NCBI GenBank assembly: GCA_038087875.1
Contig: JAXLNO010003753.1
Location: 1 to 57,648, forward strand
From: Malacoraja senta
Lineage: Eukaryota
DNA: 57,648 nt
Reading direction: 5' to 3'
Shown: positions 32,440-45,169 of the stretch, one piece after another
Numbering within the stretch: position 1 is the stretch's first letter
Layout of the letters: every line of letters begins with the position of its first letter
Position numbers and translations under genes: made by a program
Notes under the pieces: model-generated
What the model saw: only the letters and a program-made list of their open reading frames with translations
Database searches by the model: none
What the model was told of the DNA's origin: nothing

Positions 32440-35400
32440 CACTTCAGCAATACTAGTCTAAAAATATGGACTTAGAAAACAGAAGCCGTCATTTGAATTT
32501 ACGAATTGTTGGTTTGCCGGAAGGCCAAGAAGGAGATAACGGTATAAAATATGCTTCTAAAATGATAAAGGAAACATTCAACATTGAGCACAATGAAAAC
32601 CTTCCGTTCCTGGATAACGCACACAGGATTGGGAAGAAATCCGGTAATAAACCGAGACACTTGATCATTCGGTTTCATTTTTTTCAAATGAAGAAGAATA
32701 TTCTCCAGGCAACAAAATATGAAGGATGTAAGTTTCGGTTTGTCCCTGATTATAGTTATGAGCTTTTGGAAATAAGAAAGACTTTTTATAATGTAATGTC
32801 TGATTTGTATAAGAAAAAACTGCGCCCAGCTCTATTATTTCCAGCTAGATTGCGTATTCGGCTTTTCAATGGTAACTTTCGATTTTTTAACAGTCCTCAA
32901 GACGCCTCCAGCTGCATCTGAAGAGCTACGACGAGGAAGGGGAGTAATTGATAGCTGATTAAGTTATAATTGGAGATTTACTGTTCCTATTTTGACAACA
33001 TTTCGTTTGGTAATGATTAAGAATTTAACTGGACAAGTTGTTTTTCTTTTATATATATTCTTTTAAGAATTTCTTTGTTAATTCGTGTTCCCCTGTCGTT
33101 AGACAAACTAAGAGAACGCAGTTCTTGTTTTTCATATTTTGACCTTGGATAATAATAAGCCGCATTCCATGCCAGTCTGTATTTTTTTCCCTTCTCTCTC
33201 AAAGAGATAATAACAAATGTGTTATGACATAGTGGTTAAATATTATTCTTTTTATGCTGAGCGCTGTTACTGGGAGAGATGGGATTGGGGAGATTAGGTA
33301 GTTTGCTGACTGTCTCTTGGTCAGTTTGGGGTTCTACAGGGGTGGGAGGGGGGAGGGGGGGGGGGGGGGGGGAGGGGTCTTTTGTTCCCTATTTAGTGAT
33401 CTCCATTTGTGCAAATTCTGAACTACAAAATTGGCTGAAATGTCGTCACTTCTGGCTCCGCCCTAGATTTTTCTTCTTCCAGTATTATGAACTTTTAGGC
33501 TTCAAGAAATTAACCCATTACATCCCACATGATTTTTTACAAGCAATATGGATAAAGTTACTAATTTCTTTTCATGGAATGTGAATGGCTTGAACCATCC
33601 CATTAAGAGGAATTTTTTTTTTAAAGTTCTTCACAGACTAAATGCTCAGATTATCTTTGTTCAGGAAACTCATGTAAGGCAAGATGACAAGTCACGATTT
33701 TTCAAGTTTTGGAGAGGACAGCAGTTTCATTCAAATTCACAGGCCAAGGTGAAAGGAGTCTCTATTTTTATTGACTCCTCAATTCCGTTTGTTCACCATG
33801 AAAGAATTTCTGATCCATATGGCAGATTCTTGGTGATTACCAGTGTCCTTTATAGGTAAAAAGTCATATGGTGAATGTCTATGCAGCAAATATTGATCAC
33901 CCTGAGTTTTTTAAACAGTTAATTGCATCCTTTCCTAATTTAAATGAACACTTTTTAATAATGGGTGGAGACTTCAATTGCTGTTTGAATCCCTCGATTG
34001 ATAGGTCTACATCTGATCATGTGCTTCCAAATAAATCAGCTAATTTTATTAATTCTTTTTTACTTGACTCGGGAATGTTAGAAATTTGGAGATTCTTACA
34101 CGCAAATGACAAAGAATTTTCATTTTTCTCTCATGTATATCATAGTTATTCTAGGATCGACTATTTTATACTAGATTCTCGGCTAGTTCCATTCGTCATT
34201 GCATGTGAGTATGATACAATTGCTATTTCTGATCATGCACCAGTGAAACTATTGATCAAACTACCTGATTCCAAGTTTAGTGCTAAACAATGGCGATTTA
34301 ATGCTACTTTGCTTCAAGACTTAAACTTTATTAAGTTTATGAAAGATCAGATTGCTTTTTACTTCTTGACAAACTCTAATGAAGAGATATCCAATGGTAT
34401 ACTTTGGGATGCTTTTAAGGCATATATTCGTGGACAAATTATTTCATACTCCGCGGGATTAAAAAAACAAACACAAAAAGAAATACGCACGTTGGCTGAC
34501 GAGATTAAAGAAATTGATAAAAAATATTCAAAAGCTAGTTTAGAGCTCTATAAGAATAGAGTTGAACTTCAATTGAGATATGATTTGTTATTAGTATCAC
34601 CGATTGAGAACCAGTTACTTAAAACCAAAAGTCAATTTTATATAAATGGTGAAAAATCTGGTAAATTACTTCCTAATCAATTGAAGCAGTGTTGGCCAAG
34701 CGTCAGATTACAAAAGTGTGTAAACGGGATGGTACAGTAACTGTAGACCATGACGAACTTAATAAATCCTTTCAGGAATTTTATACCTCCCTATACCAAT
34801 CAGATTTTCCTACTGATTCCAATATAATGCATGAGTTTTTAAAGAAACTGAACTTACCAAATTTACCATACAATGAGTCTCTGTTGTTAGATGAACCCAT
34901 CACGGAAGTAATACAGAAAGCAATTTTGTCAATGAATTCTGGTAAAGCTCCCGGTTTAGATGGGTTTACAGTAGAATTTTTAAAGCATTTCTCAAATTTA
35001 TTGTCTCCATGGCTATGCAAGGTATTTAAAGAAGCCTTTTTAAGGAATAGATTACCACAATCTTTTTATGAAGCATCTATTTCTTTAATTTAAAAAAAGA
35101 TAGACCCTACTGAAGTGACATCATATAGACCTATATCACTGTTAAAAGTAGATTTTAAAATTCTTTCCAAAATATTAGCTATGAGATTGGAAAAGATTTT
35201 ACCGCAAATTATCTCTGAAGATCAGACAGGTTTTATTAAAAATCGTTACTCATTCTTTAATGTTAGGAGATTAATAAATATTGTATATACAGCGTCTAAT
35301 AAAACCCCAGAAAGTGTCATCTCACTTGATGCCGAGAAGGCTATTGATAGAGTAGAATGGAATACTTATTCAAAATACTTGAAAAAGTTAAGATTGGTCC

Positions 35401-37743
35401 AAAATTTATCTCTTGGATCAAACTGATATATCTTAAACCTCAGGCTTCTGTATTTACTAATAATCAGAGATCCCCTTTTTTCAGGCTCTTTCAAGGTACT
35501 AGACAGGGCTGTCCCTTAAGTCCTTTACTATTTGATATTGCTTTGGAACCTTTAGCCACTGCTATTAGGGAATCCCCTAATATTTTTGGTATTGTCCGCG
35601 GGAATAAGACACATAAGCTATCTCTTTATGCAGATGATCTGTTATTATTTATTTCTATCCCTGAGAAATCTATTCCTGCAATAGTAGCATTACTTAATCA
35701 ATTCAGTAGTTTTTCTGGTTATAAACTAAATCTTAGTAAGAGTGAGCTTTCCCATTATATAATTTTGTTTCGAGTTATGGACAGTTTCCATTTAGATTGA
35801 CTACCGAAAGTTTTACTTATTTAGGTATTAAGATCACCAAGAAACACAAGGATTTATTTAAAGCTAATTTTATTCCTTTAATTGACCATATTAAACATCA
35901 GTTCACTAAATGGTCACCAATGTCCTTATCCTTAATTGGCCGAATCAATGCTATTAAAATGTTCATTTTACCTAAATTTCTGTATTTATTTCAGACGATA
36001 CCAATTTTTATTGCCAAATCTTTCTTTGATATTATAGACTCTAAAATTTCTTCATATATATGGCAGAATAAAAATGCCAGACTAGGTAAAAAATACCTAC
36101 AGAAATCAAAAAAAGTTGGTGGTTTGGCATTGCCGAACCTTAGACTATACTATTGGGCAGTCAATGTTCGTTATTTAACATTTTGGACAAAAGATTTAGA
36201 AGATACCCAATGCCCTGGATGGATAAACCTAGAACGTGATTCCTTACAAGGGCTATAATTGGCTTCTATTCTAGGGACCTCGTTACCTTTTACAATTACG
36301 AGATTGAATAAATATATGATGAACCCAATAATAAGACATACGTTCCGAATACGGTTTCAATTTCATAAGTTTTTTGGACTATCTGATTTTATCCAAATTT
36401 CTCTTCCAACCATCTAGTACTGATCAAGTTTTTTTGTTATGGAAGAGGAAGGGATTAGTAGCTTTTCGTGATTTGTTTTTGGAGTGTTGTTTTATGTCTT
36501 TCGAACAACTCTCCAATAAATATAACTTACCTAATTCACACTTTTTTAGATATTTACAAATTAGACAAAAGGAACTACCTCTTTTTCCGCTACCACATCA
36601 ACCCGAAATTTTGGATTTTTTTTTACAGTTGAACCCTTATCAGAAAGGATTAATAACGACTATTCATGAGTTGATTTTAAAATTACAAATAGATACATTT
36701 GATTAAATTAAGAATGACTGGGAAAGAGAACTCCAAATTTCTTTATCTATAGAGAAATGGGAGAGGATCCTTCAATTAGTTAATACCTCTTCAATGTGTG
36801 CAAGACACACTTTGATACAATTCAAGGTGGTTCACAGAGCTCATATGTCAAAAGATAAGTTAGCTCGTTTTTATGGTCATATAAATCCTACCTGTGACAG
36901 ATGTAACTCTGAAGTGGCATCACTGACCCATATGTTTTGGTCCTGCCCTCTTTTGGAAAAATATTGGAAATACATTTTTGATACTATTTCGGTAGTCTTA
37001 GGTATAGATTTACAACCTCATCCTATTACTGCAATTTTTGGGTTACCAATGTTAGATTCTATTCATTTGTCCCACTCCGCCCATCGGTTGATTGCTTTTA
37101 CCACATTAATTGCCAGAAGATTTATTTTCATTAAATGGAAAGATTCCAACCCTCCGACCACACTCCAGTGGTATTCTGAAACGATATCATGTTTAAATTT
37201 AGAAAAAATCAGAAGTGACATTGTTGAACCCTTGGTTAAATTTGATAAGACTTGGGGAAAATTTATTGAACACTTTCATACAACATAAATTGTTCCCTCT
37301 TTAACCATTATAAAACATATTTTACCTTCATAGAGTGGAACGGACTTGACGACAAACTGTTGAATTTCTCAGTTCAGATTCGGGTTTGCTCTGTTTTGTT
37401 TTAATTATTTATTTTATTTTATTATTATCCAATTTTTTTAATTTTTTTTTAGTTTAGGGGGGTTTTGTTTTTTGTTTTTCTTTTTGTCTTTTTATCTTTG
37501 CTTTTTTTTTACATTTATGTTTCCTTTTAAAGATTTAACTACATTTACATAAAGACCGAGAGGTCTATATTCATTGTGTATTTTGACACTGGTCTCATAT
37601 TAGGTTATTATTAATGTGTTTAATCCTGATCCCTATGTATCAATACCATTGTTATGTTTGTCATTATTCTTTTTGCTCTGTTTTTTATGTTTTATTTTTG
37701 TTTTTGTTTTTTGGAAAAAAAACAATAAAAAGATTTTAAAAGA
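32440..37743 (+). mobile_element. L1-clade LINE, nearly full length, disrupted
   Basis: ORF1 3' half 32466-32921 (LENRSRHLNLRIVGLPEG...AHRIG...PARLRI). ORF2 33548-37288 in pieces: WNVNGL and QETH endonuclease, GGDFN, SDH, YRPISLL, GTRQGCPLSP, LYADD, and C-terminal CDRC...HMFWSC. T-rich 3' UTR with AATAAA. Confidence 0.95.
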
Positions 37744-37756
37744 AAGGTACTGAATA

Positions 37757-38285
37757 AAAAAGTTGGGATGTTCTGCTACAGTTGTACAAGATGTTGGTGA
37801 GGTCACATTTGGAGTATTGTGTTAAGTTTTGGTCACTCCACTATCGGAAGGATGTCATTAACAGGGCCTGTGATTCAAGGAGAGGATGAGAATGCTTGGA
37901 CTTTAGTCCTTGGCACGCAAGAGGCTGAGGGGTGATCTTATAGAAGTTTATAAAATCAAGGAGCATAGATAGATTGAATGCACAGAATCTTTTAACCAGC
38001 CTTGTGTAATCAAGAACCAGAGGACTTAGGTTTAAGGTGAGAAGGAAACGAGTTACTCGGAACCAGAGGAAGTGGAAATATGGAAGAACATTCCAGGGGA
38101 AGGAGTTGAGGCAGGTATTAAAAAACATTTTAGAACACACTTGGACAGGTACATACTGTAGATAGGAAAGGTTCAGTGAGATATGGGTCAATTGCAGGAA
38201 AGTAGTAGTTTAAACATGGCATCTTGGTTGACATGGCCAAGTTGAGGCAAAGGGCCCATTTCCATGCCGTATGACTCTATGGCTC
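37757..38285 (+). mobile_element. Degraded CR1 3' fragment
   Basis: ctacagttgtacaagatgttggtgaggtcacatttggagtattgtg matches the CR1 ORF2 C-terminus. Confidence 0.75.
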
Positions 38286-38845
38286 CGTGGGCTTGAAAAG
38301 CCAATTCTTTTCCGTTTCACTGCTAAATGATAGTTAATCACCCTCACTAATAGTGACCACAATGGCAGACCCATGACCATGACTGGTTTACAGTGATAAT
38401 AAGCTAACCATTGCCTCAGTTCAAATATGCATGTCGTTGATGTTCAATGACTAAATTGTTGCTGCATTCTTAGTTTTGGCAAGGTGAGAAATGGCTTGGT
38501 TCTGATCTGGGTGCTGGAGCTGTTAGACATCTTGATACCATGAAAGCAGAACCTCCGTTTCAGGAAATATACTTGCTGAATGGTGTCTCAGACCAGCAAT
38601 GCCAGGGAACATTGTATTTTGAAGAGGAAATATTACACAACCAAGGCCAAGTGCTCGAGAAAGCTGCACGTCTGTTATTTCAATGAAAACTCTGCTCTTC
38701 ATCCATCTTGTCATTTTGATCACCCAATTTAGTTTATAATATTGTATAACATTTGCAATCAATTCTCACAGTTTATGACATTTACAGCTGGCGTGAAGAT
38801 GCATCAGTCAATACCTTCTGTCTTCCAATTTAGTTTATTTAATAG

Positions 38846-39020
38846 AAAGATAGAAACATAAAAAAATAGGTGCAGGAATAGGCTATTCGGCCCTTTGAGC
38901 CAGCACCGCCATTCAATACAATCATGGCTGATCATCCAAAATTAGTACTCCGATCTGGCTTTTTCCCCATATCCCTTGACTCCCTTAGCCCTAAGAGCTA
39001 AATCTAACTCTCTCTTGAAA
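38846..39020 (-). mobile_element. CR1 3' UTR/tail fragment
   Basis: atagaaacat..taggtgcagga..ggc(t)attcggccctt, as in the other CR1 tails. Confidence 0.8.
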
Positions 39021-39034
39021 ACAGTGATACAGTG

Positions 39035-39320
39035 TGTAAACAGGCCATTTGTGCCACCAAATCCATACTAACCAGCAATCACCCATTCATAATAGATTTC
39101 CCATCCACCCCTACACTATCAGGGTGACTTACCGAGGATGATTACCTGCACACCTGCTCATCTTTGGGATATGGGAGGAAACCGGAGCTCCCTGAGGAAG
39201 CCCACATAGTCACAAGAGAATGTACAAACTCCACGTAGACAGTACCCGAGGTCCAGATTGAACCTGGGTCTCTGGCGTTGTGAGACAGCAGTTCTACCAG
39301 CTGCACTACCATGCTGCATT
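39035..39320 (-). mobile_element. tRNA-derived SINE (HE1/V-SINE-like), antisense
   Basis: Reverse complement of the SINE family seen at 41045, 41430, 46315 and 48335. Confidence 0.7.
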
Positions 39321-39479
39321 ACGTACAAACTCTAAATCCTGCACTGACTTTCCCTTCCACTTGTTATATTCAACACAATAACTCCTTTACACAGGAGGAA
39401 AGTGAACTGCAATTGTCAAGTCTTCTAATGTTTTTGCAGATTCCCTGCTTGAAAGGGATTTGATTTGTCTACAACGAAA

Positions 39480-40300
39480 TGATGAACTGGATTCACTCAG
39501 ACCAAACACTTCTTTTCCACCTTTTATTTTGGCAGATTAGTCTTTAGCAGTTTTTAGCAGTTTTAGTCTTTACCAGGTGAAAAACCTTTAGACACAAAGG
39601 CAAAAAATATACACATTACTGTAACCAAATATAAATAACAGAAAATTACATGTTCTAACATTCCAACTCATAGCAGCCATTTTGTTTTTAAAAATAATTT
39701 TCACATTTCATTAAATGAAAAATACAGATAATGCCCATTACTGTTACCAATTTCTTTAGCTTAATATCATATGAATCTTTACTGTTTTTTAACACATTTT
39801 ATCATATTTTTTAAAATGCAATTATTTAAACTAACACACACATATTTCACACTTTCTCAATCAACACGTTAGCCAGACAAGTTTCTCAGATATTAAAGGG
39901 TTAAACAGAGTCTCTGGGGCTGCAGTTTTTGGCTCAGTTCATTTAGAGTTCAGTCCTTACCGGCTGCCAATCGGGTCTGTAGAAAATCAGTCCTGCTTGC
40001 CTTTTCTGGCTATCACGGCAGTCTCTTCCGGACAGTTCTTTTGATTTGCTGTTCAAGTTTTGCTGCCCGCAAGTCTCTTCTGTCCTTTTTTTTGGCTTCT
40101 GGTGCTGTCTGCCCTTTTGAAAGCCCCGGGCAGACCTCGGCAGGCTGGGGTTCCGCCCACTTTAATCACTGTCTTGTGATTTCAATTTGCCATATCTCTG
40201 CACCTGTTCTTTCATTTCAGTTTGACTTGACAGCAATTCATCACCAGAATATATCTTACAACATTGTGATCACAGGCAAGAAACCAGTGATATAGATGAC
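39480..40300 (-). mobile_element. Possible old ERV internal remnant (gag C-terminal-like plus AT-rich region)
   Basis: Minus frame reads WAEPQPAEVC...EAKKKDRRDLRAAKLEQQ, resembling a fish ERV capsid C-terminus; the flanking AT-rich sequence resembles the ERV-A internal region. Recalled similarity only. Confidence 0.3.
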
Positions 40301-41044
40301 TGAATTTACACTAAAACCCTGATCATCCAGCTCTCTTGGGATTTGGGAAATGGTAGATTTTAATGACTGCTGCATGTTACTCCAAACATACTTTAATTCA
40401 ACTAATTTAAGCACTTGTTGAGCAAGTCAGTGGTTGAGGTGCATCTTTACACTACTATCAGACTTAAGCGGAGGAATACCCATTGTAATTTGCCTGAAGA
40501 GTCTCGAACCAGATTGTCACCTATCCATGGTCTCCAGGGATGTTGCCTGACCTGCTGAGTTACTCTAGCACTGTCCCTCACAGTCTTTCCCAATCATATA
40601 AATCAAAAATAGTCAACATCTTTCTACATCATAAAGAGTCATGGAAATATGCAGCATACAAACATGGCCTTTGTCCCACTGACCTGCACCAACCATTCAT
40701 GTACACTAATCCTACATTTGTCCCACATTCTCGTCAGCTCTCCCCACATTGTATCATGCACAATCTAGGGGACAACTAACCTACCAAACAATGTTTTGGG
40801 GATGTGGGAGGAAACCAGAGCACCTGGGGAAACCCACATGGTTACAGGAACAACATGCAAACTCTACAGATACAACAGCCGATGTCGGTATTTAATTCAG
40901 GTCTCTGGCTCTGTGCTGTCCTGTTTCACATTGTAGTCCACCTGTCATGTTGTTGCTCATTCATTCGGCTTTCCACCTTGAACCATTTCTCCCACTACTC
41001 ACATTCCCACTTAGTTTTGAGTTTTCCAGCAACAGCGGCCTTGG

Positions 41045-41345
41045 TGGCAGCTACTGTGTGCAGCGGTAGAGTTGCTGCCTTACAGTGCTTGCAGCACCGG
41101 AGACCCGGGTTCGATCCCGACTACTGATGCTGTCTTTACAGAGTTTGTACGTTCTCCCCATGACCGCGTGGGTTTTCTCCAAGATCTAAGGTTTCCACCT
41201 ACACTCCAAAGACGTACAGGTATGTAGGTTAATTGGCTTGGTGTGCGTGTATAGGATAGTGTTAATGTGCGGGGATCGCTGGTCAGCGCAGACTCGGTGG
41301 GCCAAAGGACCTGTTTCGTCACTGTATCTCTAAATTAAACTAAAC
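41045..41345 (+). mobile_element. tRNA-derived SINE (HE1/V-SINE-like)
   Basis: gcagcggtagagttgctgcc..gacccgggttcgatcc (A and B boxes), gagtttgtacgttctcc core, (taaac) tail. Confidence 0.85.
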
Positions 41346-41429
41346 AAAACTAGTAAATGTTAAACTGCAACCAATCTGCCTCATAGCTGACTTGGATCAT
41401 GAACAGTGTGAGCCCCCAACAGAGCAGCA

Positions 41430-41740
41430 CAGTGTCACAACTCGTAGAGCTGCTGCCTCACAGCGACACAGACCCGGGTTCAATTTTGACCTTGAGTGCC
41501 ATCTATGTGGAGTTTGCACGTTCTCCGTGTAACCTCATTGGATCCCTCCAGGGGCTCCGGTTTCCTCACACATCCTAAGATTTGTCAGTTTATAGTTTAA
41601 TTGGCCACTGTAAATTGCCCCTAGTGGGTGGGTGACTGGATGAGAAGGTGCAATGAGATAGAATTCATGAGAACAGGTGGTTGGTGATTGGCATGGACAC
41701 GGTGGGCCGAAAGGACTGCCCCCATGCTGTACTTTTTAAT
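41430..41740 (+). mobile_element. tRNA-derived SINE, more diverged copy
   Basis: gtagagctgctgcctcacagc..gacccgggttcaat..gagtttgcacgttctcc. Confidence 0.75.
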
Positions 41741-41986
41741 GACTCATTGATATTTCTAGGATTTGGGGCAGTGAATCCATAATGTATAACATTTTTTTAC
41801 ACTGAATTCACAATTTTTAAATATCTGATTATCAGAAACATTTAACAACAGCACAAAGGCTAGTTGACAGTGGTGACTGTCGAGGCATTTCAGGTGTAGC
41901 TGCTGCCTTATCCTACTTGAGATCGATCATTTCTTCAAGCCCAATACCTTTACTAGCAACAGTGCATCACAATTTTTCCATCTTAC

Positions 41987-42094
41987 CTCTCCTCTTTTTT
42001 CTCCACCAAACAATTACTGCCAAGACAATAGCCAGCAATATCAGCACACACACGGCAATAAGGCCTATGTGCCTGTCTTTCTTCCTATTTCCTT
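41987..42094 (-). CDS. Connecting peptide/transmembrane exon of an MHC class I-like gene
   Basis: 108 bp, acceptor tcttatttttcag and donor G|gtaaga, phase 1/1 matching the C1 exon. Encodes (E)GNRKKDRHIGLIAVCVLILLAIVLAVIVWWRKKRR: a hydrophobic span plus basic stop-transfer residues. Confidence 0.88.
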
Positions 42095-43739
42095 CTGAAA
42101 AATAAGAATGCATAATTTTACAAATCAATTGTTAAGCTGTGCAGCTAAATAGATGGGCACTGTCTGAAGACTTCAGGGTGAAGAAGGGTCTCGACCCGAA
42201 ATGCCACCTATTCCTTTTCTCCAGAGATGTTACCTGACCGCTGAGTTACTCCAGCATTTTGTGTCTATCTTTGGCGCTTTTCAAGGTATATAAGATGATA
42301 TGGTGTTTTGAATCACGGAGTTCTGCAGCATGGCAAAGGGACAATATATGTTCTGTACAACTCTATGATCTATGGCACCATCACAGCCACAACTTAATTC
42401 AAGAAAGAAGGTGAATTGAAAGCAGAAAGCTTTAACTCTATATAAACTAACATTTGTTTTGGGGAAAATGCTGGATTCCTTTCAATAATGGCAGAACATT
42501 TAAGTAATAACTAAACAATAAAGTGCATTATCAGGGCATTAACAGGAAAATTGTAGAAATAAAGAGATGCAGATACTGATTTACACAAAAGCTTTAGTTT
42601 AGTTTATTGTCACATGTATTGAGGTACAGTGAAAAGCTTTTGTTTCATGCTAACCAGTCAGTGGAAAGAATATACATGATAGACACAAAATGCTGGAGTA
42701 ACTCAGCGGAACAGGCAGCATCTCTGGCGAACATGGATTCATCACCTATTCCTTTTCTCCAGAGATGCTGGCTGACCAGCTGAGTTATCCCAGCAATTTG
42801 TGTCCATCTTCGGTGTAAACCAGCATTTGCAGTTTCTTCTTACACATGGACAGGCGATGTTTCGTTTTGGGAACCTTCTTCAAACTTTGTTTGAGAAATT
42901 GATTAGAATTCTTTGAAAATGCAACAGGCACCCGTAGACAATGTATATTCAAGCAGCAGGTGTGAAAAGCCTAAAATTCAAAAACAAAATGATGGAAAAG
43001 CAGAATAGGTAACAAAATTGGAATGAGAAACAAAAGAAATACAATATATTGTAGAGATCCAAACGTCGTGAACAAATCAATGTTTTTTAAAGAAATACAG
43101 TTTTGGCCCACTCGCGTTTAGTAAGGACTTGAGCAAAGTTCCTGCCGTTGTTATCGGGCACACCAGTTGACTGGCGATTAACTCATCACCAACTCCCACC
43201 AAAACCCTGTCACTCACGTGATAGTCCCAGCTCCCCTGACGAGGGTTCTAGCAATAAGTGGCCTGACCACCAGATGTCGCCAGAATATCTGGATTTTCAT
43301 AAGATATCTGATCAAGTGATGCAAAGGCACATGGCTTATGACATTGGGGGTAATAATTAGCATGAATGGAAAAACAATTAAGAGCAAGCAGAGAGTTGTC
43401 TTAAAGGAGTGTTCAGGTTGGGAAACTGCAACTGCAGGTTGGGAATCATTGCAAGAAAGTGAACTACTTATCGTTGGTATTAAGAGCAGATGAAGGGACT
43501 GATGGCGCTGTAGCCTAGATTGCTGATGATACATAGATAGGTTGGAAATTAAGTTCTGGAGTATGTCAACAGTCTTCAGAGTGAAACATCAGATTCCTTA
43601 GTTGTGCATTGTTCGAGGGAATCTTCAAAAGTGAACATTTGTGTAGGTTCGTGCAGCATACCTGGAATCAAGCTAGTACGATCGCTGTTTGTCAGGCAGT
43701 TATATTTTTCGTTGCTGAATCTGTAACTTGCGTCCTGGA

Positions 43740-44470
43740 ACTTACTTCATTAGGTTTTGTTTTATTAATGCCAGATGTTTCAAAATACAGAGCAAAGGTT
43801 TGTTTTGTATGCTATCCAAACAAATTATAAAACTATACATAAATACAAACTCAAAAACAATAGATAGAGCAAAGAGGAGGATACAGAGTACAGAATATAG
43901 TTCTCAGCATTGTAACGCATCAGTTCCATGGACAATGTTCAATGTTCAATGAGGTTGAGGTGAATCGGGCTTTAAACCTACATTATGGAAGGACCCTTCC
44001 GAAGCCTGATAACAGGTGGAAAGGGGGTGTTCCTGAGTCTGGCAGTGCTTATTTTCAACTTTCTGTACCTATTGCCTGATGGGAGCAGGAAGGAGGAATG
44101 ACCGGGGTGGGATAAGTCTTGTTTTCCAAGGCAACCTGGTGTAGATTGGGTCAATAGTGGGAAGTCTGGGCTGTGTGATGATCTTTAACTCTTTGTATAT
44201 TCTTGCAGTCTTGGGCAGTGCAGTTCCCAAATCAAGATGTGATGCAACCCAACAACATGCTTTCTCGAGCGGCATCTATAGATGTTTGCTGGAGTCACCA
44301 GAGACATGATGAATATCCTCAGTCTCCTGAGGAAGTAGAGGTGTTGGTGTGCCTCCTTGGCTATGTGGCCAGTCCATGACCGAATATTGGATAAATTCAT
44401 GCCAAGGAACATGAAGCTCTCAATCATTTCCACTTCGGACCATTGATTTGGATTGGGGCATGTACTCCTC
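43740..44470 (-). mobile_element. Rex1/Babar-type LINE 3' part, degraded
   Basis: ORF 44185-44433 reads ESFMFLGMNLS..AHQHLYFLRRLR..NIYRC, typical of the Rex-Babar RT C-terminal region. Confidence 0.75.
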
Positions 44471-44783
44471 CAGTGCCTTGCTGTTAATCACATCAAGATT
44501 CATTTATTATTTAAACATACCTTTCATGGATATCAGTTCCACCACTGAGAACCCCAAATACTCCTTCCTTGTATATTAGTTATTTATTTACTTTTGATAA
44601 ATGTTCTGTTGACAAAGTCTTCTGCTCATGTGGAGAGTGGGTGCTGATTACGTGATTACTTAGAGCAACACCACTAAACAAAGAAAGTTTAAGCATCTTG
44701 GAATATGGGATGTATTCACGATGATTAAAATGGATACAACAGAAGATAATGATTATCTATGAAAGAATATTTAACGTTCTTAC

Positions 44784-45050
44784 CCCAGATGATGATCTTC
44801 CCACCGGGCAGGCTGCTGTGATCGACATGACAGGAATACTGTTTCCCATCATACGGATAATACTCAAGGACAGACCTTAGATGATATGTTCCATCGTTGT
44901 TGGGTATGACCCCAGAAGATTTGGTCTCAGAGACATGTTGACCATTCTGCAACCAGCTGACATTGATGGCCGGTGGGTAAAATCCAAACACAGTGCAGTA
45001 CAGGACTGAATGATCATCAGGGCGGGCAGCGAGAGATACCTCAGGGGAAA
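44784..45050 (-). CDS. Ig C1-set exon, MHC class I alpha3-type domain
   Basis: 267 bp, acceptor ccatcttactgtcttgtag and donor G|gtaaga, phase 1/1, open frame: (V)SPEVSLAARPDDHSVLYCTVFGFYPPAINVSWLQNGQHVSETKSSGVIPNNDGTYHLRSVLEYYPYDGKQYSCHVDHSSLPGGKIIIW. It has the C1 motifs C..GFYP..I.V.W and YSC.V.HSSL, and the class I-type PNxDGTY. Confidence 0.92.
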
Positions 45051-45169
45051 CTACAAGACAGTAAGATGGTTATTTTCATCTTCAGTAAAACTTGCACAGT
45101 CACCCACCACAAAATATTCTTCAGTCTACTACAACAACCAAGTTACTGTCCACATCTGCCCCATTTTGC

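Noticed and set aside
40162-40203. VQRYGKLKSQDSD* as the class I cytoplasmic tail (YxxL, SQDSD)
   Set aside because: It needs a phase-0 acceptor, while the TM exon ends in phase 1. The frame continues on both sides into gag-like sequence. It stays possible only if an unseen 1-to-0 exon intervenes.
41001-41045. AGKLKTKWE resembling the alpha2 helix motif TKxKW
   Set aside because: It lies downstream of the TM exon, is followed by a stop, and has no other alpha2 motifs.
43651-43725. Possible small exon between alpha3 and TM (ag...CCAG|gtatgc)
   Set aside because: It has an in-frame TGA in phase 1 and is not needed, since alpha3 and TM already join in frame.
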